Assembly: GCA_965223705.1 (NCBI GenBank)
Contig: OZ245015.1
Location: forward strand, 1,152,001-1,216,000
Source: Myxococcota bacterium
GTDB lineage: Bacteria; Myxococcota_A; UBA9160; UBA6930
DNA: 64,000 bases
Direction of reading: 5' to 3'
Of this stretch, positions 9,198-18,455 are shown one piece after another. Each line of letters starts with the position of its first letter. Position 1 is the first letter of the stretch. The notes beneath the pieces were generated by a model. The model did not search any database and was not told the DNA's origin. It saw nothing but the letters and a program-made list of their open reading frames with translations. The position numbers and the translations under genes are program-made.

Positions 9198-11375
9198 ATG
9201 TTGCGCTTCAACGACATCGCTGACCGCGTGCTCGAGCACGACCCGGAAGCAGATCTCCACCTGCTTCAGCGCGCGTACGTCTACACGGCGAAGGTGCACG
9301 AAGGGCAGGAGCGTCTCTCGGGCGAGCCCTATTTAGTCCATCCCCTTGAAGTCGCCGGCATCCTTGCGGACATGCGGATGGACGCCGTGACCATCGCCGC
9401 CGGTCTGCTGCACGACACGGTGGAAGACACCCACAGCACCGTCGAGGAGATCACGTCGCTCTTCGGAGACGAAGTGGGGTTTGTGGTCGAAGGGCTCACC
9501 AAGATCGCCAAGATCGAGTTCAAGTCGGCGCGCGAACGGCAAGCCGAGAATTTCCGCAAGATGTTGATCGCGATGTCGAAGGACATCCGCATCCTCCTCA
9601 TCAAACTCGCGGACCGCCTTCACAACATGCGGACCCTCGATTACATGGAGGAAGATTCCCGTCGGCGGATCGCCCAAGAAACGCTCGATATCTACGTGCC
9701 CCTCGCGCACCGTTTGGGGATCTATTGGATGCGGCAAGAGCTCGAGGAGCTCGCGTTCCGCGCGCTCAAGCCCGATGCCGCGGCGGCGATCGAGCAGCGG
9801 TTGCGCGGCAGTCACAGCCAACGCGAGCGATACATCGAGGAAGTGATCGGCATTCTCACCGAGAAACTCGAAAAGGCGAACTTGCGCGCCGACATCACGG
9901 GCCGGCTCAAAGACCTCGCGTCGATCCACAACAAGATGGAAACCCAGGGAGTCACGCTCGACGAGATCTACGACGTGATCGCGTTCCGAATGGTGCTCGA
10001 AGCCGGGCCGGACGCGGTGTACGCAGCGCTCGGAATCGTCCACGCGACCTGGTCGCCTGTGCCCGGGCGCTTCAAAGACTACGTCGCGCTGCCACGGCAA
10101 AACGGTTACCAGTCGCTCCACACGACGGTCATCGGGCCCTACGGCGAGCGGATGGAGGTGCAGATTCGCACCCGCGAAATGCACCAGAACGCGGAGTTCG
10201 GAATCGCCGCGCATTGGCGTTACAAGCAGCGCGGAGTTCCCGTAAACCCCGAAGACCACGCGAAGTTCGCTTGGCTCCGCCAGCTCGTCGAGCGGCAGGG
10301 CGAGCTCTCCGATCCACACGAGTTTTTCGACACGCTGAAAGTCGACCTCTTCCCCGACGAGGTCTTCGTCTTCACACCCAAAGGCGACGTGATCAATCTG
10401 CCCCGCGGCGCGACAGCGCTCGATTTCGCGTACGGCATTCACTCCGAAGTGGGCGATCGGTGCACCGGGGCGCGTGTCAACGGGAAGATGGTGCCTCTCC
10501 GCCACCCGCTGCAAGACGGGGATACCGTCGAAGTCGATACCCGGAACAACCAGACGCCTCGAAAAGACTGGCTCGAGTTCGTCGTGTCTGGCAAGGCGCG
10601 GAGCCGGATTCGCCACGCGATCCGAGCGGAGGAGAACGAGCGCAGCCGAGAGCTGGGACGCGCCATTCTCGAACGTGAACTGCGGCGCGTCGGGTTGTCT
10701 CTCGCGCGTGTCGAAGAACGCGGAGAGCTCGCCGACTTCGCGAAGAAGCACGCCAGCGGTTCGGTCGACGATTTGTTCGCCGCAGTTGGCTACGGGCGCG
10801 TGCCGGCCGTCAAGATCGCCCGGGCGTTGCGACCCGATTTGGAAGAGGAAGCGCCGCGGCAAGAGCCCAAGCCCGAGCCTGAGCGCCCGCGACGGCTCCC
10901 GCAGTTGTTCCGCCGCCGCGAACGCCGCACCGCGGGCACCGGCATCCGGGTCCAGGGCCAAGAAGGCGTGCTCGTGCGGTACGGCCGTTGCTGCACGCCG
11001 CTTCCCGGGGACGACATCGTCGGGTTCGTGACGCGGGGACGCGGTGTGACGATCCACCAAAAAGATTGTCGCGTGGTGTTCGAACTCGACCCCGAGAGAA
11101 GAATCGACGCGGAATGGGACACGGAGACGGCCGCCCCGAGGAAGATCCGCGTCCGAGTCACGTCCCGCGATGAGCCGGGACTCCTCGCGAAGGTGACGAA
11201 GACGATCTCTTCCGCCGGCATCAACATCGGCGCCGCCCGCATCGCAACCCACGCCGATCGCACGGCGACGCAGAACTTCGAGCTCTGGGTGACGGACCTC
11301 ACTTCTCTCACGTCGGTGATGAAGCAAATCGAGCGCATCAAGGGCATCGTTTCGGTGGAACGGGTGCGGACGTGA
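9198..11375 (+). CDS. relA: Bifunctional (p)ppGpp synthetase/hydrolase (long RSH)
   Basis: RLSGEPY, LLHDTVED, KLADRLHNMRT, RFKDY, YQSLHT; TGS, CC and ACT domains. Confidence 0.96.
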   Translation: MLRFNDIADRVLEHDPEADLHLLQRAYVYTAKVHEGQERLSGEPYLVHPLEVAGILADMRMDAVTIAAGLLHDTVEDTHSTVEEITSLFGDEVGFVVEGLTKIAKIEFKSARERQAENFRKMLIAMSKDIRILLIKLADRLHNMRTLDYMEEDSRRRIAQETLDIYVPLAHRLGIYWMRQELEELAFRALKPDAAAAIEQRLRGSHSQRERYIEEVIGILTEKLEKANLRADITGRLKDLASIHNKMETQGVTLDEIYDVIAFRMVLEAGPDAVYAALGIVHATWSPVPGRFKDYVALPRQNGYQSLHTTVIGPYGERMEVQIRTREMHQNAEFGIAAHWRYKQRGVPVNPEDHAKFAWLRQLVERQGELSDPHEFFDTLKVDLFPDEVFVFTPKGDVINLPRGATALDFAYGIHSEVGDRCTGARVNGKMVPLRHPLQDGDTVEVDTRNNQTPRKDWLEFVVSGKARSRIRHAIRAEENERSRELGRAILERELRRVGLSLARVEERGELADFAKKHASGSVDDLFAAVGYGRVPAVKIARALRPDLEEEAPRQEPKPEPERPRRLPQLFRRRERRTAGTGIRVQGQEGVLVRYGRCCTPLPGDDIVGFVTRGRGVTIHQKDCRVVFELDPERRIDAEWDTETAAPRKIRVRVTSRDEPGLLAKVTKTISSAGINIGAARIATHADRTATQNFELWVTDLTSLTSVMKQIERIKGIVSVERVRT

Positions 11376-11386
11376 GCCGCAGATGA
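11372..11386 (+). other. 4-codon coupling mini-ORF MSRR
   Basis: GTGAGC...ATGAGC; starts on the rel TGA and stops on the ATG of the next gene. Confidence 0.4.
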
Positions 11387-12162
11387 GCGTACCCATCACG
11401 GCCTGCACGATGGCGCATCGCGAGAAGAGGCTCTTGCAGCGCGCGTTAGCTTCCCTCGAATGGGCAGACGAAGTGGTGGCGGTGATCGATCCGACCGGTG
11501 ATCCCGAAACCGAAGCCATCGCGCGGGCGAGCGGCGCGCGCGTCGTGATGCACGCGTACCCGGGCGATATCGAGCAGAAGCGCTTTACCGTAGGCCAAGC
11601 GACCAACGATTGGGTGCTCTACATCGACGCGGACGAAGAAGTGACGGAAGAATTGGCCGAGGAGATCCGCGAGTTTCTGAAGGGGGTCGACGACGACGTC
11701 GCGGGTTGTGAGATCTCACGCCTGACATGGCATCTCGGGCGCTGGATACTTCACGGCGATTTCAATCCCGATCGCTTGGTTCGCTGTTTTCGCAAGAGCC
11801 GCACGCGGGTCGAAGGCACGAATCCACACGGCCGTTTCGTCGTCGATGGACGCGTCGAGTCGTTCGCCGAGGTGATCGCGCACTACAGCTACCGCGACCT
11901 CGCGGATCAGGTCGAGCGGATCCAGTCTTTTAGCGAGATCTCCCATCGCGCGTTGCTCGCCGAGGGAAGGTCGGCGCGGCTGTCGGACATCGTGGTGCGC
12001 CCGTTCGCGCGTTTCTTGCGCGGTTACGTCTTGAAACAGGGTTTTCGCGACGGGTTGCCCGGATTCATGATCGCTGCGTCGAGCGCGTTCCACGTGTTTC
12101 TCAAGTACGCAAAGCTTTGGGAAGCGCGCCTGCCGGAGATTCACCGAGCGCCCCCTCTGTGA
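11383..12162 (+). CDS. GT2 beta-1,4-glucosyltransferase-like (WaaE/KdtX type)
   Basis: SLEWADEVV, NDWVLYIDADE, HYSY, GFRDGLPG and FLKYAKLWE motifs. Confidence 0.88.
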   Translation: MSVPITACTMAHREKRLLQRALASLEWADEVVAVIDPTGDPETEAIARASGARVVMHAYPGDIEQKRFTVGQATNDWVLYIDADEEVTEELAEEIREFLKGVDDDVAGCEISRLTWHLGRWILHGDFNPDRLVRCFRKSRTRVEGTNPHGRFVVDGRVESFAEVIAHYSYRDLADQVERIQSFSEISHRALLAEGRSARLSDIVVRPFARFLRGYVLKQGFRDGLPGFMIAASSAFHVFLKYAKLWEARLPEIHRAPPL

Positions 12163-12173
12163 ATCCCCGATGA
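12159..12173 (+). other. 4-codon coupling mini-ORF MNPR
   Basis: GTGAAT...ATGAAC; starts on the GT2 TGA and stops on the GT4 ATG. Confidence 0.4.
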
Positions 12174-13309
12174 ACATCCTCCAGCTGACCAGCGATTGGA
12201 AGTGGACCGGGCCGGCGGAGCCGATGGTGCGTCTCGCGCGCGGGCTCAAGGAAGCGGGACACCGCGTGTGGGTCGCCGCCCCCGAACCACCGGAGCCCGT
12301 CAAGCGATCCCTCGCGGAAGAGACGGCGCGCGCGGGTTTCCCTCTCTCCTTGACGATCGACTACGCGCACGGCACCCGACCGCTTCGCGACCGACGCGAC
12401 ATCGGACGCTTGCGGGAGTTCGTCGCCCGGCGCGATATCGAGCTCGTCCAGACCTGGCACACGCGGGACCACATGCTCGCCTGGCGCGCGCTCGGATTGC
12501 GCGCGACGCGGCGAAGGGCCGCCTTGGTGCGTTGGTACAAAACCGCCGAGGCGATCTCTCACCGCCTGCACAATCGTGTGTTGTACGGAGCCGGGTGCGA
12601 TGGGTTGCTGTGCGTCTCTCCGAAAATCGCGGAGCGCAACCGCGGTTTGTGTCACGGGCCGGTCGCGGGCGTTTTCGGCGCGGTCGACACTGAGGTGTTT
12701 GCCCCCGCGCCGAAAAATCCGCAAGTCTTGAGCTCGCTCGGTTTGTCTCCGGAGCACCGCGTCGTCGGCATCGTCGCGCGCGGGCAACGCAAGCGGCGTT
12801 TCCCTTTGCTCCTCGAGGCGGCGAAGCGATTGTTCGAGCGTGACCCCGACGCACGTCTGCTGATCATCGGACGCGGCACGCACCGTCGAGAAGTCGCGGA
12901 GGAGCCCGCGCGCGAGCTCGGGATCGCGGATCGTGTGGTGTTTGCCGGCTATCGCGTCGACGACTACCTCGACGTCGTGCGGTGCATCGACGTCTTCACG
13001 TTTTTGGTCCCGGGAAGCGACGGGACGTGTCGCGCGCTGCTCGAAGCCCTCTCGCTGGGTATGCCCGCGGTGACGACGCGCCGTGGAGCGCTCCCCGAGA
13101 TTGTTCGACATGGCGTGACAGGCTACGCGGTCGGGGAAGATCCCGACGCGCTGGCCGGCCACTGGCAGGAGCTCCTCGCGGATCCGGCGCGGCGTGCGCG
13201 GTTTGGAGAGGCGGCGCGGGACGATGCCCTGCGGCGCTTTGGCATCCCCCGATTTGCCGAGGAGGTCGGAGCGTTCTACGGCCGCGTTCTTGCGAGCCGC
13301 CGCTCCTAG
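12170..13309 (+). CDS. GT4 family glycosyltransferase
   Basis: VDTEVF, VVFAGYR and LLEALSLGMPAVTTRRGALPEIV motifs. Confidence 0.9.
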   Translation: MNILQLTSDWKWTGPAEPMVRLARGLKEAGHRVWVAAPEPPEPVKRSLAEETARAGFPLSLTIDYAHGTRPLRDRRDIGRLREFVARRDIELVQTWHTRDHMLAWRALGLRATRRRAALVRWYKTAEAISHRLHNRVLYGAGCDGLLCVSPKIAERNRGLCHGPVAGVFGAVDTEVFAPAPKNPQVLSSLGLSPEHRVVGIVARGQRKRRFPLLLEAAKRLFERDPDARLLIIGRGTHRREVAEEPARELGIADRVVFAGYRVDDYLDVVRCIDVFTFLVPGSDGTCRALLEALSLGMPAVTTRRGALPEIVRHGVTGYAVGEDPDALAGHWQELLADPARRARFGEAARDDALRRFGIPRFAEEVGAFYGRVLASRRS

Positions 13310-15180
13310 CGATCCCCCTGCAGCGCGACCAGTTCGCGGTAGAGCCCTTCGCGTGCGACGAGCTCTTCGTGCTTGCCCATCGCCAGGACGCGACCGTGAT
13401 CGAGGACGAGAATCTTGTCGGCGTTCCGGATCGTCGACAGCCGATGCGCGATCACGAACACCGTGCGCCCCGACAACATGCCCTCGATCGCTTCCTGGAC
13501 GAGGCGTTCGCTCTTCGCGTCGAGAGCGCTCGTCGCCTCGTCAAAAATGAGGAGCGCCGGGTTCTTCACGATGGCACGCGCGATCGTGACGCGCTGCCGC
13601 TGTCCCCCCGACAGTGCGCCACCGGCCTCACCCACCGGCGTATCGAGCCCTTCGGGCAAACGATCCGCGAACTCCATGACGTGGGCCGCCTCGGCCGCGC
13701 GTTCGATCTCCGCGGGAGACGCGTCGGGACGGCCGTAGCGGATATTGTCGCGGATGGTCCCCTCGAGGAGCAGTGGTTCTTGGGTGACGACGGCGATGTG
13801 CTCCATGAGCGAGCGCCGTGCCATGCCGCGAAGGTCGCGTCCGTCGAATTCGATCGAGCCGCCGTCGGGGTCGTAGAATCGGACCAAGAGGTCGGCGAGG
13901 GTGGTCTTTCCCGACCCTGTCCGGCCGACGATGGCGACGACTTCTCCGGCCCGGACTTCGAACGAGACGTCTTCGAGGACCGGCTCTCGGCCGTACCCGA
14001 AGTGAAGATTCTGGACGCGGATCCGGTCGTTGAGAGAAAAGGGTGTCGCATCGGCGGTGTCAGCGGTTTCGGCGGGTTTATCGAGAAGCTCGAAGAAACG
14101 GTCGGCGGCCGGCAAGGCATCCATGAAGCCGTTCCACCCACGGGTCAGGTCCTTCACCGGCCGATAGACGCTCGCCATCACGCCGACAAATGCGATCAAG
14201 GAGCCCGGTGTGAGACCCCACGCGCCGCGATAGACGAGCCAACCGCCGAGCAGCAGGACCCCGACGCCGACGACATTGTTGACGCCTTCGACGACCGTGC
14301 GCGAGAGAGCGCGGTTGAGGACGACTTTCATGCTGCGGCGAAACAGTCGCCGATTGTGCTTCGCAAAGGAGTCCGATTCGATCCGTTCCGCACCGAACGC
14401 CTTGATGACCTTCATGCTCGACAGGATCTCGACGAGTCGCTGGGTGACGTCGCCGAAACTCTCTTGGCGCTTCATGGCGTCGCGCCGAATGCGACGCCCG
14501 AAAAACGCGATCGCGCCGGCGATGACCGGCGCGGTCAAAAGAACGAGCAGTGTGAGCTGCCACGAGATCGCAAAAAGGAGAACGCCGCCGGTCAGCAGGG
14601 ACAACGCGCCGAGCAGGACATCCCCGAACAGCATTTCGAGGGCCAAGTGCGCCCGCGTCGCGTCGTTCGTCGCCCGGGACAGGAGCTCGCCGCGCGTGGT
14701 GCTCTTGTGTGAGCGCAGGGGCAGGCACAAGAGCTTCTCGCAGAGGCCCTGCTGCATGTCGACGAGAACGCGTCCCAGGACGTAACGGATGAGATAGCTC
14801 TGGCCGAAGTGCGCCAGCGGGACGAGCATGACCACAAAGAGGAGCGCGCCCGCCGCGTGCTGGAAATTCTCGGCGACCCGAGCGTCGAAAGCCTCCGGCG
14901 TCGCAGGACCTTCGGGCTCGGCAACGTCCGCCTCGGTCTCTATTCCGGGAACCCAGTCGAGCCAGCCCAACCGAGCGGGGATCTCACGTTCACCGCTACC
15001 CAGCTGGATGCCGATGCCGTCCATGATGGGTTTCATCAGATAGGCACGGCCGGCGCGCGCGCCGGCGTACGCAACCGCACAGAGCACGGTGATGAGGAGC
15101 AGCCCGACGTAGGGCCGAACGTACCGTGACAACCGGAGGCCTGTGGCGAGCTTTTCGTTCGTCGGCTGCGAAGATCCCAT
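13306..15180 (-). CDS. msbA: MsbA-like ABC exporter (lipid A flippase)
   Basis: TM domain plus GRTGSGKTT, LSGGQRQR, DEATSALD and IAHRLST; LPS cluster. Confidence 0.8.
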   Translation of the reverse strand: MGSSQPTNEKLATGLRLSRYVRPYVGLLLITVLCAVAYAGARAGRAYLMKPIMDGIGIQLGSGEREIPARLGWLDWVPGIETEADVAEPEGPATPEAFDARVAENFQHAAGALLFVVMLVPLAHFGQSYLIRYVLGRVLVDMQQGLCEKLLCLPLRSHKSTTRGELLSRATNDATRAHLALEMLFGDVLLGALSLLTGGVLLFAISWQLTLLVLLTAPVIAGAIAFFGRRIRRDAMKRQESFGDVTQRLVEILSSMKVIKAFGAERIESDSFAKHNRRLFRRSMKVVLNRALSRTVVEGVNNVVGVGVLLLGGWLVYRGAWGLTPGSLIAFVGVMASVYRPVKDLTRGWNGFMDALPAADRFFELLDKPAETADTADATPFSLNDRIRVQNLHFGYGREPVLEDVSFEVRAGEVVAIVGRTGSGKTTLADLLVRFYDPDGGSIEFDGRDLRGMARRSLMEHIAVVTQEPLLLEGTIRDNIRYGRPDASPAEIERAAEAAHVMEFADRLPEGLDTPVGEAGGALSGGQRQRVTIARAIVKNPALLIFDEATSALDAKSERLVQEAIEGMLSGRTVFVIAHRLSTIRNADKILVLDHGRVLAMGKHEELVAREGLYRELVALQGDR

Positions 15181-15216
15181 CCGGTTTGAGCTTAGCCGCC
15201 GGTCGAGGGAGAGCGA

Positions 15217-16593
15217 CTAGGGCGTCGGCGCTACGGCGTCCGCGCCGCGCCAGCCGAGAAGGGCGTCGCCTTCGACCCCGAGCCCACCCAGTCGTCCGCG
15301 ACGCAGCGCGAACACGGGAAGCTTGCCGGGAATGCGGAGTTCGGTCGCGGCCGGGAGTCGAGGCGTGTCGGGCGTTTGCTCGATCGCGCCGGGCGTATCC
15401 CAGACGGACGGGCGGCTGTACGCCACGCGCTCGAGGCGGTCCTCGCAAAACGGGAAGAAGTCGCGAATTGCACCCTCGATTTCGTCCGCGATCGGCCCGG
15501 TCTCGGCATCGGCGGGGAAAAGACCGCGCGCGTGAAGCAACGTCGCTCCCGGCGCTCGCTCGGAAGGGAAGAGGGAAAGGGCGAGCGGGACCGGCGCGCG
15601 TCGCGTCGCGAGAATCGATCGCGCGGCCAGCGCCTCGGGGAACAGCTCGGCGTCACCTTGGAAAATCACGGCGACTTGTTGCGGTCCGAGAGGGCCGTCC
15701 TCGAATCCGCGGGGCAAGGTGCTTCCCCAATCTTCGAGGGCGCGCATCACGTTCGGAACGGGCGTGTTGATTACGAGCGCTCGTCCGAGCCACGCTTCGC
15801 CGCTCGCGCGCAGGGCAATCCCGGGATGGCCGCCGACTTCGACGAGCTCGAAGGAGCCCGAAAGTCGCCGCACTTCGCCGTGCACGCGTTCGACGCGCTT
15901 CTGAAGGAGTCCGAGGAGAGACGTTCCCGGTCGTCCGAAGTAGACGCCACCGCCCAAGCCGGCGCAGAGGTGGCGCGCATCGCTCTCCTGTCCCGCCAGC
16001 TGAATCAGGGACTGGGCGTCGATTTGGGCGGACACAAACGCCGCGAGATCGGGCGAGAGGGTCCGCAGCGCACCGGGCGCCGGAGGGAGCTGCGGCGAGG
16101 CGGAGCTGCGACCCGCGCCGCGTCGCGAGCTCGCCCGCACCCAGTTCCCGGTGAGCAGCGCCCGGGATTGGCCCTTCACGGCATCGTCGAGTTCGCGCAT
16201 CAGCGCCCGCGCTTCGTCGGGTTTCGCGACGCCGTAGGCGACGAGATCATCGACGGTCGCGTTCGGATGCCCGATGTCGATCCGGGCCTCGTCGAGCAGC
16301 ACTTGATAGGTCACCGGGCTCGACTCGAGGCCCCGCCGGTCTACCGGAGTCACGCCGCAGGCTTTCAAGGCTTCGTCGAGGGGACCCCCAGACGGACAGG
16401 AAGAAAAGAACGGCTCGTTGAGCAGAGGAAACTCTCGGTTCGGGGCATCTTCCTCGACGATCAGAACGCGAAGTCCCAAGGATCCCAGCCGGGCGGCGGC
16501 GAACCACCCCGGAAGCGCACTGCCCAAGATGAGGACGTCCCATCGGCGCGCCCGCCAGCTCCCGGCGGTTCCCCGCAGAGAGAGCCGCCTCAC
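15217..16593 (-). CDS. FAD/NAD(P)-binding oxidoreductase-like protein (phytoene desaturase/GDI-like fold), degenerate Rossmann motif
   Basis: WDVLILGSALPGWFAAARL...VLIVE; GTG overlaps the purM stop. Confidence 0.55.
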   Translation of the reverse strand: MRRLSLRGTAGSWRARRWDVLILGSALPGWFAAARLGSLGLRVLIVEEDAPNREFPLLNEPFFSSCPSGGPLDEALKACGVTPVDRRGLESSPVTYQVLLDEARIDIGHPNATVDDLVAYGVAKPDEARALMRELDDAVKGQSRALLTGNWVRASSRRGAGRSSASPQLPPAPGALRTLSPDLAAFVSAQIDAQSLIQLAGQESDARHLCAGLGGGVYFGRPGTSLLGLLQKRVERVHGEVRRLSGSFELVEVGGHPGIALRASGEAWLGRALVINTPVPNVMRALEDWGSTLPRGFEDGPLGPQQVAVIFQGDAELFPEALAARSILATRRAPVPLALSLFPSERAPGATLLHARGLFPADAETGPIADEIEGAIRDFFPFCEDRLERVAYSRPSVWDTPGAIEQTPDTPRLPAATELRIPGKLPVFALRRGRLGGLGVEGDALLGWRGADAVAPTP

Positions 16594-17672
16594 GGTTCCT
16601 CGAACACGATCGCGGGTTCGTCTTCTTCCTTGCGCTCGACGACGCCGATCGTATGCGGGCGTTCGCCCATACCGCGGAGGCGCTGCGTGATGTCTTCGGC
16701 GTCTTCCGCTGCGACGACGAGGACCATTCCGATGCCGCAATTGAAGACCCGCAGCATTTCGGTTTCGCTGACGTCGCCTTCCCGAGCCAAGAAATCGAAG
16801 ATCGGCGGGCGCGGCCACGCCGTGCGATCGATGCGCGCGCGCACACCGGAGGGGAGGACGCGCGGTACGTTGCCCGAGAAACCGCCGCCGGTGATGTGGA
16901 CCAGCCCGTGGATGTCGAAATCGCGCATCAAGTTGAGGATGGGCTTCACGTAGATCCGCGTCGGCGAAAGCAACGCACTCGCCAAGCTCGAGTTGAGCTC
17001 CGGCGGGGTGGTTCGCAGATCGAAGCGGCCCGCGGCCATGCCTTCGTCGAGAATCCGCCGCACCAGGGAAAACCCGTTGCTGTGGACGCCGTTGGACGCG
17101 AGCCCGACCAGCGCGTCGCCCTCCCGGATCGCCGTGCCGTCGATCACACGGCTGCGTTCCACGACACCGACGCCGAAGCCGACGAGCTCGAGCTCTCCTT
17201 TCGGATAAAAGCCCGGCATCGTTGCCGTTTCACCGCCCAAGAGGGCGCAGCCGGCACGCCGACAACCCTCGGCGACGCCGCGCAGCGCCTGCTCTGCCAG
17301 CTCGTCGTCTTGCTCTCCCAACGCCAGGTAGTCGAGAAAGATCAGCGGTTCGGCACCTTGCACGACGAGATCGTTGACGACCATCCCGACCACGTCGATC
17401 CCCGCGACGTCGAAGCGGGAAAGCAGCGCCGCGAGCTTGAGCTTAGTTCCGACGCCGTCGGTCGAAGCGACGAAAATCGGCTCCTTGTAGCGGTCCGGGG
17501 CCTTGAACAGCCCGGCGAAGCCCCCGATGGAGGAAAGGACTTCCGCACGGAACGTACCCCGCGCGATGTCCTTCACGCGGTCGACAAAGCCTTCGTCGTG
17601 GTCGAGGTCGACGCCCGCGCTGCGGTAGGCCGGGGCGCTGGCGTCGGTATCCTTGGGAGGCGGGGACGACAT
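16590..17672 (-). CDS. purM: Phosphoribosylaminoimidazole (AIR) synthetase
   Basis: YRSAGVD, STDGVGTKLK, GGETATMPG, HSNGFSL, HITGGG and FNCGIGM motifs. Confidence 0.97.
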   Translation of the reverse strand: MSSPPPKDTDASAPAYRSAGVDLDHDEGFVDRVKDIARGTFRAEVLSSIGGFAGLFKAPDRYKEPIFVASTDGVGTKLKLAALLSRFDVAGIDVVGMVVNDLVVQGAEPLIFLDYLALGEQDDELAEQALRGVAEGCRRAGCALLGGETATMPGFYPKGELELVGFGVGVVERSRVIDGTAIREGDALVGLASNGVHSNGFSLVRRILDEGMAAGRFDLRTTPPELNSSLASALLSPTRIYVKPILNLMRDFDIHGLVHITGGGFSGNVPRVLPSGVRARIDRTAWPRPPIFDFLAREGDVSETEMLRVFNCGIGMVLVVAAEDAEDITQRLRGMGERPHTIGVVERKEEDEPAIVFEEP

Positions 17673-17756
17673 GGTTGACCCGTGATACTCGAGGTCCCCG
17701 AGGGCTGTCAAACGCGATCTCCGAGGCCCCGCATGGCGCGCGCTACACTGCACCGG

Positions 17757-18455
17757 GTGAGCGTTGCGGTCGTGATCCCCGCGCTTCGCGAGGCGGAACG
17801 GATCGAGGCCGCTATCGCGAGTGCGTTCGAGTATTCCTCCGAAGACCGATCCCCCGAGCAAGGCCCCGTCACCGTGATCGTCGTCGACGGCGGAAGCGAT
17901 GACGGTACCCCCCAGCGGGCGGCGCGGGCCGGCGCCAGGGTCGTCCGAAGCGAGCCCGGGAGAGCGCACCAGCTCCGGGTCGGCTTCGCGCAGTCGGAAG
18001 CGCCCGTGGTGCTTTTTCTGCACGCCGACACGCGCCTACCGAAGGGGTGGTTGCGTTTGGTAGAAGGAGCCATGGCCGACGCGGACGTCGCGGGAGGCGC
18101 CTTTGGTTTTCGCTTCGATCGGCGGTCGGCGCGGCTCGCCTGGATCGAGTGGGGCGTCGCGTTGCGTAATCTGCTGTTTCGTCTGCCGTATGGCGATCAA
18201 GCGATCTTCGCGCGTCGGCAGGCTATCGAAGCCATGGGCGGGATCCCGAGCGCTCCGATCATGGAAGACCTCGATTTGGTGCGCGAGTTGAAACGGCAGG
18301 GACGCTTCGTCTTGTTTCGCGACGCGGTGTTGACGTCGCCTCGGCGCTACGACGGCGCGGGGCCGGTGCGGACGTTCCTGCGCAACGCCGGTGCGTTGTT
18401 GGCGTGGCGCGTCGGGATCGACCGACACCGGGTCGCTCGGTGGTATCGGGCATGA
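17757..18455 (+). CDS. GT2 glycosyltransferase, TIGR04283-like
   Basis: VVIPALRE, VDGGSDDGT, FLHADT, LPYGDQ, MEDL and TSPRR motifs. Confidence 0.85.
   Translation: MSVAVVIPALREAERIEAAIASAFEYSSEDRSPEQGPVTVIVVDGGSDDGTPQRAARAGARVVRSEPGRAHQLRVGFAQSEAPVVLFLHADTRLPKGWLRLVEGAMADADVAGGAFGFRFDRRSARLAWIEWGVALRNLLFRLPYGDQAIFARRQAIEAMGGIPSAPIMEDLDLVRELKRQGRFVLFRDAVLTSPRRYDGAGPVRTFLRNAGALLAWRVGIDRHRVARWYRA

Noticed and set aside
9131..9198. rpoZ between gmk and rel
   Set aside because: Only 66 nt; no ORF. Absence here is not clearly unusual for this lineage
9333..11606. Long antisense ORFs (757 aa opposite rel; similar ones opposite smc, gltB, tyrS and the kinase)
   Set aside because: Shadow frames expected in high-GC coding DNA; no recognisable motifs
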